A stretch of 64,000 nt of DNA from assembly GCA_047602405.1 (NCBI GenBank), contig JASGHJ010000001.1:448001-512000 (forward strand), read 5' to 3'. How positions within the stretch are numbered: position 1 is the stretch's first letter; the number at the start of each line of letters is the position of its first letter. Positions 1-10,371 of this stretch are shown one piece after another. The notes beneath the pieces are model-generated. The model was not told the origin of the DNA. It saw only the letters and a program-made list of their open reading frames with translations, and did not search any database. The translations under genes were made by a program, and so were the position numbers. The stretch comes from Anaeromyxobacteraceae bacterium (GTDB lineage Bacteria; Myxococcota; Myxococcia; Myxococcales; Anaeromyxobacteraceae).

Positions 1-36
1 CTTTCGTTCCTTCGAAACCACCTCACGGAGTCGACC

Positions 37-2568
37 ATGGCAGAGAGCTACGGCTGGGCAGGCAAGGTGCTGAGGGTGAACCTCTCCACGGGGGCCATCA
101 CCTCGGAGAGCATGGACAAGTACAAGGACTTCATGGGCGGCACGGGGCTCGCCTGGAAGGTCCTGATGGACGAGGTGCCGCCCGGCACCACGGCGTTCGC
201 CCCCGAGGCGAAGGTGGTCTTCGGCGTCGGCCCCGCGACCGGCTCCGGCTCGCCCTGCTCCGGCCGCACGTCGGTCTCGTGCCTGTGGCCGGTGCACGGT
301 GACGAGCTGCCCTCGGCCGGCCACATGGGCGGCCACTGGGGCCCCGAGCTCAAGTACGCGGGCTGGGACGGCGTCATCGTCGAGGGTGTCTCGGCGAAGC
401 CGGTGTGGCTGCGCATCGAGGACGACAAGGTCACCCTCGAGGACGCCTCCACGATCTGGGGCCAGGGCATCTACCGGGCCACGAACTACATCTGCAACAT
501 CATGGGCCCCGAGGCCCACGTGGCCGCGATCGGCCAGGCCGGCGAGAACAGGTCCCGGCTCGGCGCGGTCTTCTGCGACCGCTCGCACCGCGCCGGCGGC
601 GCCGGCGGCGTGCTCGGCTCGAAGCTGCTGAAGGCGATCGGCGTGCGCGGCACCGGCGCCGTGAAGATCGCCCTCAACAAGAAGGACTGGCGCTCGCTCA
701 ACAACTACTACCTGAGCCTGATGGGCGCGAACAACCAGTGCGTCGTCGCCCGCACGCTGCAGCCCTGGTCGGAGTTCTCGCCGGGCGGCACCCGCTGGTC
801 GGGCGCCCCGGGCGTGAAGTGGGGCTCCGCGCTCCCGCCGGTGGACATGGGCTACTGCCCCGACGCCGAGCACCCGATGATCAACGCGCCGTTCCCGACC
901 AACAAGATCGGGTTCCGCACGCACAAGGGCTTCAACGACTTCGGCGAGGAGGGGCTGAAGCGCACCGTCCGCATGGACGGCTGCCACTCCTGCCCGATCC
1001 GCTGCCACATCGCCGCGGACCACCCCGAGCTCGAGAACTACGGGGTCGCCCGGTACAACATGAACACCTGCGCGGGCAACGGCGGCATGCGCGGCACGTT
1101 CATCGCCGACAACGCGATGAACGCGCAGCAGGGCACGATGCTGAACGCCTACATGTCGAACCACCTCGAGGGCGACTACGGCATCTGGAACGACTACAGC
1201 GGCTATCAGTACGTGTGGGAAGTCCTGATGAACTTCGCCGGGACGGAGGGGATCGTCGCCGACGAGTACGTCCCCGCCACCGTCGCGAACACCCGCTCCG
1301 ACGCCGCCCCGGGCTCGACCATCCCGAACCCGCTCATCGGCCAGCCGCTGCTCCGCAAGTACCTCACCGCCGCGGAGTGGACCCGCCTGCGCACCACCGC
1401 CATCTGGAGCTCGGGCAAGAGCCCGCTCGCGCTCATGGAGGCGGGTGACCCGCGCTGGCTGCAGTGGTTCGCGGCCGACTTCGCCGCCAACGTCCAGGGC
1501 ACCACCGGCTGGTTCATGGGGCGTGGCCCGGCGTGGATCTCGAAGCTGGGCGCCGAGACGACCGCGGCCCGCGCCGCGATCATGTACACCCCGACCGGCC
1601 TGCCCGCCGGCGTGACCGCCACCCCGGTCGAGATCCGCAAGGCGCTCCCCGCGGACTACGGCGTGCCCGAGCTCGTGCACGCGATGAGCGTGGACGGCCA
1701 CGTGCACATGTGGAAGCAGGCGCACACCCTGCACCACTCGATCGAGACGCAGAGCCAGATGGGCGCGCTCCTCAGCACGTTCCAGGCCTGCCGCGACATG
1801 AACAACCACACGCTGCAGAACTTCAACACGAACGGCCTCCCGAACTCGAAGGCGAACCCGCTGAAGCTCGCCCTCGCGCAGGAGATCGCCTGCAGCCCGG
1901 ACACCTACTTCCAGGCGCCGGACGAGTCGGCGCAGGGCAAGTGGGCCTGGCAGACCGCCGACTACCGCGCGGTCGCGGCCGGCGCGGGCCCGGTCACGCC
2001 GATGAACAAGGCGCGCGCCGGCCTCGCGGCCCAGTGCATCATCTCGTACGAGCTGCAGAACTCCCTCACCCAGTGCAACTACACGCTGCCGGTGTGGGCG
2101 TCCCCGCTGAAGAGCCGCGACGGCACCATCGCGTCGGTGACCCCGCCGGGCTCGACCACGGCCGTGGCCACGAAGGGCTACCGCGGTGACCCGAAGCTCG
2201 ACGTCAAGGTGTTCAACGCGGTGACCGGCCTCACGATGACGCAGGCCGAGTACGAGAAGATGGGCCACCGGATGTACACGCTGTGGCGCATCTACACGGC
2301 GCGCATCATGAATGCCCGAAACGCCACGAAGCCCGGCGCGAACATGCGGACGAACTTCGACCAGGCGCCGGCGTGGGCGTTCGACCCCGCGAACGCCGTG
2401 TCGGTGTGGGGCACCCTCGACGCCGCGGACTGGGAGACGGCGAAGGACATGCTCTACGACATGTTCGGCTACACGAAGACCACGGGCCTGCCCACGGAGA
2501 CGAAGCTCACCGAGCTCGGGCTCGCGAGCTACATCCCGACCCTGAAGGCCGAGGGGGTCATCCCGTAG
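37..2568 (+). CDS. ydhV: Aldehyde:ferredoxin oxidoreductase family protein, YdhV-like
   Basis: 843 aa. AOR-family motifs GWAGKVLRVNLS, GHMGGHWGPELKYAGWD, IGQAGEN, CHSCPIRC; GGAG RBS upstream; followed by a YdhW-like gene as in the E. coli ydh operon. Confidence 0.88.
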   Translation: MAESYGWAGKVLRVNLSTGAITSESMDKYKDFMGGTGLAWKVLMDEVPPGTTAFAPEAKVVFGVGPATGSGSPCSGRTSVSCLWPVHGDELPSAGHMGGHWGPELKYAGWDGVIVEGVSAKPVWLRIEDDKVTLEDASTIWGQGIYRATNYICNIMGPEAHVAAIGQAGENRSRLGAVFCDRSHRAGGAGGVLGSKLLKAIGVRGTGAVKIALNKKDWRSLNNYYLSLMGANNQCVVARTLQPWSEFSPGGTRWSGAPGVKWGSALPPVDMGYCPDAEHPMINAPFPTNKIGFRTHKGFNDFGEEGLKRTVRMDGCHSCPIRCHIAADHPELENYGVARYNMNTCAGNGGMRGTFIADNAMNAQQGTMLNAYMSNHLEGDYGIWNDYSGYQYVWEVLMNFAGTEGIVADEYVPATVANTRSDAAPGSTIPNPLIGQPLLRKYLTAAEWTRLRTTAIWSSGKSPLALMEAGDPRWLQWFAADFAANVQGTTGWFMGRGPAWISKLGAETTAARAAIMYTPTGLPAGVTATPVEIRKALPADYGVPELVHAMSVDGHVHMWKQAHTLHHSIETQSQMGALLSTFQACRDMNNHTLQNFNTNGLPNSKANPLKLALAQEIACSPDTYFQAPDESAQGKWAWQTADYRAVAAGAGPVTPMNKARAGLAAQCIISYELQNSLTQCNYTLPVWASPLKSRDGTIASVTPPGSTTAVATKGYRGDPKLDVKVFNAVTGLTMTQAEYEKMGHRMYTLWRIYTARIMNARNATKPGANMRTNFDQAPAWAFDPANAVSVWGTLDAADWETAKDMLYDMFGYTKTTGLPTETKLTELGLASYIPTLKAEGVIP

Positions 2569-2596
2569 CGGTCCCGGAGGGCCGTCGTTCCCCAGG

Positions 2597-2627
2597 GAGC
2601 CCCCGGGCCCGCGAGGTCCGGGGGCTC
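2597..2627 (+). terminator. GC-rich hairpin after ydhV (terminator or mRNA-stabilising stem)
   Basis: GAGCCCCCGG (2597-2606) pairs perfectly with CCGGGGGCTC (2618-2627); only a weak pyrimidine tail follows. Confidence 0.5.
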
Positions 2628-3500
2628 TCGTTCTCGTAGCCGCACGCAGCGCGAGGAGCCGACCCTTGGAGCCCTACGATCCGACCCAGCCCGTCGTCCG
2701 CGAGAAGCTCCACCTCGTCACCGACGACGACGCCCCCGAGGTGGACCCGGCGCCGCTGCGGCTCCGGATCGCCGAGCGCGTGCGCGCCGACTCGCGCGAC
2801 CGCCGGGCCCTGACCCCCGACGCGGCGCTGTTCGCGCTCGTGCCGGAGCTGTCGCGGAGCGAGCTGCGCGCGCTGCTCGAGGAGATGTCCCGGGAAGGCG
2901 CCTACGGGGACATCAAGGCCGTGGTCGCCCCCTCGGGGCGGGTCTACCTGTTCTCGGAGCGTCACCTCATCGCCGTGGAGGCGGCGGAGCTGGGGCGGCT
3001 CGAGGAGGCGCGGCTCGCGGTGGTGGAGCGGATCCGGGCCGACTCCTCCCGGATCACGCTCACCGCGGCCGCGGACCTCGAGCCGCTCCTCCCCTACCCG
3101 GAGCCGGAGCGCCGCGAGGCCTTCCTCGCGGAGCTGCGCGCCGACCCGCGCTTCCAGGACATCCAGGCCGTGACCGGGCCGAAGGGCGAGACGTACTACC
3201 ACTCCGACCGCTTCGTCTCCGGCAACTACGGCGCGATCATGATGCGCGCGCGCGCGAGCGACCCGTGCTGGTCGATCGCCGAGCTCGTGCGCGACCGGTC
3301 GCGCATCATGCCCGCCCCGACGCGCCTCGACGTGTTCCGCGACCCGGTGTTCCAGCTCGACGCGGACCGCCTCGGAGGCTTCGTGGACGAGCTGCTCGCG
3401 CGCGAGGGGTACGCCGACGTCAAGAAGCTCGTGCACCCGCGGACCCGCGCGCTCTACCTGTACTCCGATCGCTGGCTCGACGAGGGCCGCGCCCGCGAGA

Positions 3501-5036
<1,536 letters not shown>

Positions 5037-5243
5037 GAACCCTCCCCCGGGATCCGCGTGGTTCGGGAGGACAGCGCCTCATGCTGGCCTCCAGCCCCGT
5101 CCGTGTGCAGGCGACACGTTGCCTCACCATCCCTCCGCGGGTGCGGCGTGTCCCGATGCCGCAGGGCGCGCGCGCGCGGCCGCGCGCATGATGCCGCGGG
5201 CTCGAGCGGCTGCCGTCCCCGCGCGGCCGTCAGGGGGAGACCC

Positions 5244-6419
5244 ATGGATCTCGACACGCTCTACGCCACCATCTCGGGGGGCGACGCCGCCGCCGTGCGC
5301 GCCGCGCTCGCGCGCGACCCGGCCCTCGCGACCTCGCAGGACGCCCACCTGGGCTCGACGCCGCTCCACCTCGCCGCCTTCCGCGGCGACGTCGCCATCG
5401 TCCGGCTCCTGCTCGAGCTGGGCGCCCCGCCCTCGGCCCTGGAGCGCGAGAGCGGGTCCACGCCGCTGCACTGGGCCGCCGAGGGCGGCCACGCGGGCGT
5501 GGTGGACCTCCTGCTGGCGCGGGGCGCCGAGCTCGAGCGCCGGGACCGCTGGTACGGACTCACCCCGCTCGGCTGGGCGACGGCGGTGTTCTGGGGCCGC
5601 CGGCGGCGGCGCGACCGCGGCGACGCGGAGCGGCGGCTCCGCGCGGCCGGAGCGCGGCCGGACGCCTTCACCGAGGCCGGCGCGGGCGCGCTCGACGCGC
5701 TCCGTGCGCTCCTCCGCGACGCGCCCGCGGAGCGCGACCGCCGGCTCGGGTTCGCCGGGGACGAGGCCCAGCCGCTCCACTGGGCGGCCGCGCACGGCCG
5801 GACCGAGGCGATGGGCGTGCTGCTCGATGCCGGCGCCGACCCCGCGGCGCGGACCGCCACCGGGCTCTCGGCCCTGGGCGCCGCCCTCGCGCGGGCCCAG
5901 AGCGAGAGCGCCTCGGTCCTCCTCGCGCGCGCCATCGCGGGAGACGAGAGCACCGCGGCCGTCGGCGGCTTCGTGAAGGCGCTGCCCGAGCCGGGCTCCC
6001 CCGCCCTCCCGCCCGGCCTCGCGTCCCGGCTGCTCTTCGTCGCGGCGGGCGAGGGGCACGCCGACATGGTGACGGCCCTCGCCGCGCGCGGCGGGGATCC
6101 CGGCCACCGGCTGCGCCGCCTCCTCGCGGAGTTCCCCGTGAACGCGACGCCGCTCCACGTCGCCGCGGAGGCCGGCCACCTCGCGGCCGCCCGCGCGCTG
6201 CTCGACGCCGGCGCGCCGCCGGACGCCGGCGCGGAGGACGGCGAGCCGACCGCCCTGCACGCGGCCGCGTTCGCCGGGAAGGATCCGGTGGCGCGGCTCC
6301 TCCTCGAGCGCGGCGCGTCGCCCACAGCCCGCGAGCGGATCCACGGCGCGACGCCCGCCGAGTGGGCGGCGTCGGCCGGCCACGCGGAGCTGGCGCGGGT
6401 GCTGGGCCGCGGCCGCTGA
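5244..6419 (+). CDS. Ankyrin repeat protein
   Basis: ATG 5244 after GGGGGAGA; repeated TPLHLAA, TPLHWAA, QPLHWAA, TPLHVAA, TALHAAA motifs. Confidence 0.9.
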   Translation: MDLDTLYATISGGDAAAVRAALARDPALATSQDAHLGSTPLHLAAFRGDVAIVRLLLELGAPPSALERESGSTPLHWAAEGGHAGVVDLLLARGAELERRDRWYGLTPLGWATAVFWGRRRRRDRGDAERRLRAAGARPDAFTEAGAGALDALRALLRDAPAERDRRLGFAGDEAQPLHWAAAHGRTEAMGVLLDAGADPAARTATGLSALGAALARAQSESASVLLARAIAGDESTAAVGGFVKALPEPGSPALPPGLASRLLFVAAGEGHADMVTALAARGGDPGHRLRRLLAEFPVNATPLHVAAEAGHLAAARALLDAGAPPDAGAEDGEPTALHAAAFAGKDPVARLLLERGASPTARERIHGATPAEWAASAGHAELARVLGRGR

Positions 6420-6427
6420 GGGGGGCC

Positions 6428-7327
6428 TCAGCCCAGGGTCCAGGTGCCCTTCAGGACCGGGACGACGCCCCCGCCCACGCGGACGTCCACGACGCGCTCG
6501 CCGTCCCGGGCGGCGCGCACGTGCAGCCGCGATGGCCGGTGCGCCTCGAGGCCCTGCTCGACGAGGAACCGCTCTCCGGGCGCGGCGACGCCGTGCGCGA
6601 CCGCCCACGCGGCCGCGCAGCCGCCCGCCGAGCCGGTGGCCGGATCCTCGCCGCCGTAGAACAGCATGCGGGCGTGGAGGCGCGCGGAGGGATCGACCGC
6701 CTCGCGGGTGACGAAGTAGCAGAAGCGGGCGCCTTGCGCCGCGAGCCAGGGCTCCGCCCGCCGCGGATCGAAGGCGAGCGCGCGGGCGGTGGCGAGATCG
6801 CGGAGCGGCACGATCGCGAAGGGGAGGCCCGTCGAGACCACCTGCACCGGGAGCGCCGGATCGAGCACGTCCTGCGGGAGCCCGAGCCCCGCCGCGGCCC
6901 CGGCCGCGTCCAGCACGGGCCCGAAGGTCGGATCGGGCTGGACCATCTCTGCGAACGAGACGCCGTCCGGGCCCGCGTCCTCGAAGCGGACCGGCACCCG
7001 CCCCACGCCGAGCGAGAGCACGACCTCCGGCGGCCGCCTCGGCGCGAGCTCCTCGCGGATGGCCCACGCCGCGCCGAGGGTCGGGTGGCCCGCGAAGGGG
7101 AGCTCCTCGCGCGTGGTGAAGATCCGGACCCGGATCCCGGCCGCGCGCTCGTTCGCGACGTCGTTGCGGATGACGAAGGCGGTCTCGGAGAGGTTCGTCT
7201 CCCGCGCGAGCGCCTGCATCTCGTCCACGTGGAGCCCGCGCGAGTCGAGCACCACCGAGAGCGCGTTCCCCTCGAGCGGCCCCGCCGCGAACACGTCCAC
7301 CTGCACCATCCGGAAGTCGTGGTACAC
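6428..7327 (-). CDS. PhzF-family isomerase/epimerase
   Basis: QVDVF...GN, ETNLSETAF, ELPFAGHPTLG and EDPATGSA motifs; GGAGG RBS. Confidence 0.93.
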   Translation of the reverse strand: MYHDFRMVQVDVFAAGPLEGNALSVVLDSRGLHVDEMQALARETNLSETAFVIRNDVANERAAGIRVRIFTTREELPFAGHPTLGAAWAIREELAPRRPPEVVLSLGVGRVPVRFEDAGPDGVSFAEMVQPDPTFGPVLDAAGAAAGLGLPQDVLDPALPVQVVSTGLPFAIVPLRDLATARALAFDPRRAEPWLAAQGARFCYFVTREAVDPSARLHARMLFYGGEDPATGSAGGCAAAWAVAHGVAAPGERFLVEQGLEAHRPSRLHVRAARDGERVVDVRVGGGVVPVLKGTWTLG

Positions 7328-7416
7328 GCCGGCCCTCCTCCTCGCCGCCAGAGTACGCCTTCGCGGCTCCCCGGGTGGGCCCGAAGTGCCGGCGGCGGCC
7401 TGGCTAGAATCATCGG

Positions 7417-8739
7417 GTGCGGCCCCGCGCCTTCACGGCACGCCTCGGCGAGCGGACCTTCGAGGTCCGCCGCGGCGAGCGCCTGCTCGAGGCCGCCCGG
7501 CGGCAGGGCGTGCCGTTCCCGTCGAGCTGCCGGGTGGGCGGGTGCGGCACCTGCCGGTGCCGGCTCGTCGAGGGCCGCGTCCGCGAGCTGACCGAGACCG
7601 CCTACCTGCTGTCGGCGGAGGAGCTCGCGCGCGGCACCATCCTCGCCTGCCAGAGCGTGCCGCTCGGCGACGTCGTCGTGGCGCTCGACTCCGCCGCGGG
7701 AGCTGCGCGGGCGGCGCTCGCGGCGGGCGGCGGGATCACCACCGCCGGGCTCCTCGCGATCGTCGCCTTCTACGTCCTAGGCGACGTGGCCTTCGGGGAG
7801 GACCGCTCCGTGCCTCGCCACCGCCACCCGGGGCTCCTCACCTTCCAGCTCTGGCTCGCGCTGCCGCTCCTCGGGGCGATCGTGCTCGCGTCCCTCCGGA
7901 GCCTTCCCGAGGCGGCCGGCCCCGGCCACCTCGTCTCGGCCTGGCTCCTCACCGGGCTCATGATCGGCATGGTGGGCACCATCCCGGCGCACGAGCTCAC
8001 GCACCGGACCTGGGATCCCGTCTCGCGGCTCGTCGGCCGCTGGCTCCTCGCGTTCAGCCTCGACACCACGTTCGCCATCGAGCACGTCTACGGGCACCAC
8101 CGCTACGTCGCGACGGCGGCGGACCCGGCCACCGCCCCGCGCGGCCGGAGCGTGTACCGGCACGTCGTGGTCTCCACCTGGAAGGGCAACGCGAGCGCCT
8201 GGCGGATCGAGGTCGCGCGGCTCGCGAAGCGCGGGCGCGGGGCCTTCGGCTGGCGGAACGCCGTGCTGCGCGGGCAGCTCATGAGCCTCGCGCTCGTGGC
8301 GGGCGCGTGGGCGTACGGCGGCTGGCGCGCCGCCGCGTTCTTCCTCGCCTGCGCGCTCTGGGGGAAGGCGCTCCTCGAGATCGTGAACTACATGGAGCAC
8401 TACGGGCTCGTGCGCGAGCCCGGCGCGCCGGTGAAGCCGCGCCACTCGTGGAACACGACGCGCCGCCTGAGCTCGTGGACGCTCTTCAACCTCACCCGCC
8501 ACTCGCACCACCACGCGCAGGGCGAGCTGCCCTTCCACGCGCTGCGCCCGCTGCCGGGCGCGCCCACGATGATCGCGGGCTACCTCACCACCATCGTGCT
8601 CACGCTCGTCCCCCCCGTGTGGCGAAGGCTCATGGCGCCGCGCCTCTCGGCGTGGGATCGCGAGCAGGCGAACGCGGCCGAGCGGCGCCTCCTCGGGCTT
8701 CAGGGCGACGGCGGCGGCGCCTTCGGGAACGCGACGTAG
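7417..8739 (+). CDS. 2Fe-2S ferredoxin fused to an AlkB/XylM-like membrane di-iron monooxygenase
   Basis: N-terminal CRVGGCGTC...LAC; His boxes HELTH, EHVYGHH, NYMEHYG, RHSHHHA; hydrophobic segments. Confidence 0.88.
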   Translation: MRPRAFTARLGERTFEVRRGERLLEAARRQGVPFPSSCRVGGCGTCRCRLVEGRVRELTETAYLLSAEELARGTILACQSVPLGDVVVALDSAAGAARAALAAGGGITTAGLLAIVAFYVLGDVAFGEDRSVPRHRHPGLLTFQLWLALPLLGAIVLASLRSLPEAAGPGHLVSAWLLTGLMIGMVGTIPAHELTHRTWDPVSRLVGRWLLAFSLDTTFAIEHVYGHHRYVATAADPATAPRGRSVYRHVVVSTWKGNASAWRIEVARLAKRGRGAFGWRNAVLRGQLMSLALVAGAWAYGGWRAAAFFLACALWGKALLEIVNYMEHYGLVREPGAPVKPRHSWNTTRRLSSWTLFNLTRHSHHHAQGELPFHALRPLPGAPTMIAGYLTTIVLTLVPPVWRRLMAPRLSAWDREQANAAERRLLGLQGDGGGAFGNAT

Positions 8740-9173
8740 CCCTTCTCGACCCACCAGGTGACGACGTCGACGACGAGCCGGCCGGCCTTCACGGCGGGGT
8801 CCTGCTCCGCGAGCGCGCGCGCCTCGGCGACGTCGGCCACGCGGTAGATGCAGGCGCCGCGGACGGTCGGATCCTGCTGGTCGTCGAAGGGGCCGCAGAG
8901 CACGGCCTTCCCGGAGGCGCCCATCTTCTGGAGGTGGCCGATGTGCTGCTTCTGGAGCTCCTGGGTGGCCGGGGTGACCTCCGGTGTCCAGGCCGGCCCG
9001 CGCTTCAGGAGGACGAGCTGGAAGAACTCCATGTTGGGCGGGGCGCCCGGGATCCTGGGCCCCTTCGGCGCGGGCGGTGCGGGCGAGGCCGGCTTCGGGT
9101 CGTCGGCGAGGGCGAGCGGCGCGGCGAGGAGGAGCACGAGGGCTGCGAGGCGGGTGCGCATGGCGAGGAGCAT
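8700..9173 (-). CDS. YciI-family protein with signal peptide
   Basis: Signal-like N-terminus (LAALVLLLAAPLALA); HIGHL...GP...G...A...DPAV YciI pattern. Confidence 0.8.
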   Translation of the reverse strand: MLLAMRTRLAALVLLLAAPLALADDPKPASPAPPAPKGPRIPGAPPNMEFFQLVLLKRGPAWTPEVTPATQELQKQHIGHLQKMGASGKAVLCGPFDDQQDPTVRGACIYRVADVAEARALAEQDPAVKAGRLVVDVVTWWVEKGYVAFPKAPPPSP

Positions 9174-9220
9174 CGCACGGACTCGCGACGCGCGGAGGTG
9201 ACGCGGCGCGGCGCCTCACC

Positions 9221-10318
9221 TCACAGGGCCGCGTCCTCTCGCGGGGCGACCGCGGGCGCCCCCGCCGCGCGCCACCACGGCACGACCACCTCGACCCGCG
9301 CCGGCTCCACGGGCTGGCCGAGCATGGGCATCACGAGCTCGGCGCGCTGTGCCCCTGAACTGCTGCGGGGCGCGAGCTCGAGCAGCGTCTCTGCGGGATC
9401 GTCCCAGGCGTGCAGCGCGAGGTTGAAGGTGCCCCAGTGCACCGGCAGGAGCTTCCCGCCGCCGAGGAGCCGGAGCGCCTCGAGCGCGTTCGCCGGCCCG
9501 AGGTGGATCTGGCCCCACGCCTCGTGGAACGCGCCGACCTCGAGCATGACGAGGTCGAACGGGCCGAGCCGGGCGCGGATCTCCGCGTACTCGGGCGTGA
9601 GCCCGGTGTCGCCGCTGAAGAAGACGCGGCGGCGCGCGGTCTCGACGACGAACGACGACCAGAGCGTGCGGTTCCGGTCGCCGACGCCGCGCCCGGAGAA
9701 GTGCTGGGACGGCGCGGCGCGCAGGACGAGGTCCCCACCGCGCAGCGTGGCGGCCTCCCACCAGTCGAGCTCGACGATCCGCTCCGGCGGGACGCCCCAC
9801 GCCTCGAGGTGCGCACCCACGCCGAGCGAGGTCACGAACGGCGCGCGCGACGAGCGGGCGAGCGCCCGCACGGTCGGGAGGTCGAGGTGGTCGTAGTGGT
9901 CGTGCGAGACGACGATCGCGTCGAGGGGCGGGAGCGCCTCGAGCGGCACCGGCACGGGCTGGAACCGCCGCGGGCCGGCGAAGCGCCAGGGCGAGGCGCG
10001 GTCGCCCCAGACCGGGTCGGTGAGGACGCGCAGCCCGTCGAGCTCGAGCAGCACCGTGGAGTGGCCGAGCCAGGTCGCGCGCAGGCCGGTCTCGGCCGGG
10101 CGGGCCCAGCCCGGGCGCGGGTCGGTGGAGGGCAGCGGCTGCGGGGGCTTCCTGACCGTGTCGCCGAAGAACAGCTCGCCGAGGAGCGGCAGCGGGGAGC
10201 CCTTCAGCCCGGGCCCCACCGGCGCGGTGTTGCGGAAGGCGCCGTCGCGGAAGCGCGACGAGGCGCGCATCCGCTCGAGGCGGAGACCGTGAACCTTCCC
10301 TCCCAGGGCGGGCATCAT
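9221..10318 (-). CDS. MBL-fold metallo-hydrolase (NAPE-PLD/RomA-like)
   Basis: TWLGHST, LTDPVW, SHDHYDHLD, QHFSGR, FFSGDTG, PVHWGTF. Confidence 0.92.
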   Translation of the reverse strand: MMPALGGKVHGLRLERMRASSRFRDGAFRNTAPVGPGLKGSPLPLLGELFFGDTVRKPPQPLPSTDPRPGWARPAETGLRATWLGHSTVLLELDGLRVLTDPVWGDRASPWRFAGPRRFQPVPVPLEALPPLDAIVVSHDHYDHLDLPTVRALARSSRAPFVTSLGVGAHLEAWGVPPERIVELDWWEAATLRGGDLVLRAAPSQHFSGRGVGDRNRTLWSSFVVETARRRVFFSGDTGLTPEYAEIRARLGPFDLVMLEVGAFHEAWGQIHLGPANALEALRLLGGGKLLPVHWGTFNLALHAWDDPAETLLELAPRSSSGAQRAELVMPMLGQPVEPARVEVVVPWWRAAGAPAVAPREDAAL

Positions 10319-10371
10319 CCCGGGAACCTAACGCCCCGCGACGGGCGGCGCCGTCCCCGGGACGGGGCCCG

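Noticed and set aside
5108..5122. Possible sigma-54 promoter GGCGACACGTTGC
   Set aside because: GG-to-GC spacing is 9 nt, not the required 10.
6428..7327. PhzF as evidence of a phenazine cluster
   Set aside because: No phzA/B/D/E/G nearby; stand-alone PhzF homologues are common.
9221..10318. MBL protein as a beta-lactamase resistance gene
   Set aside because: Motifs fit the NAPE-PLD/RomA-like group, not class B beta-lactamases.
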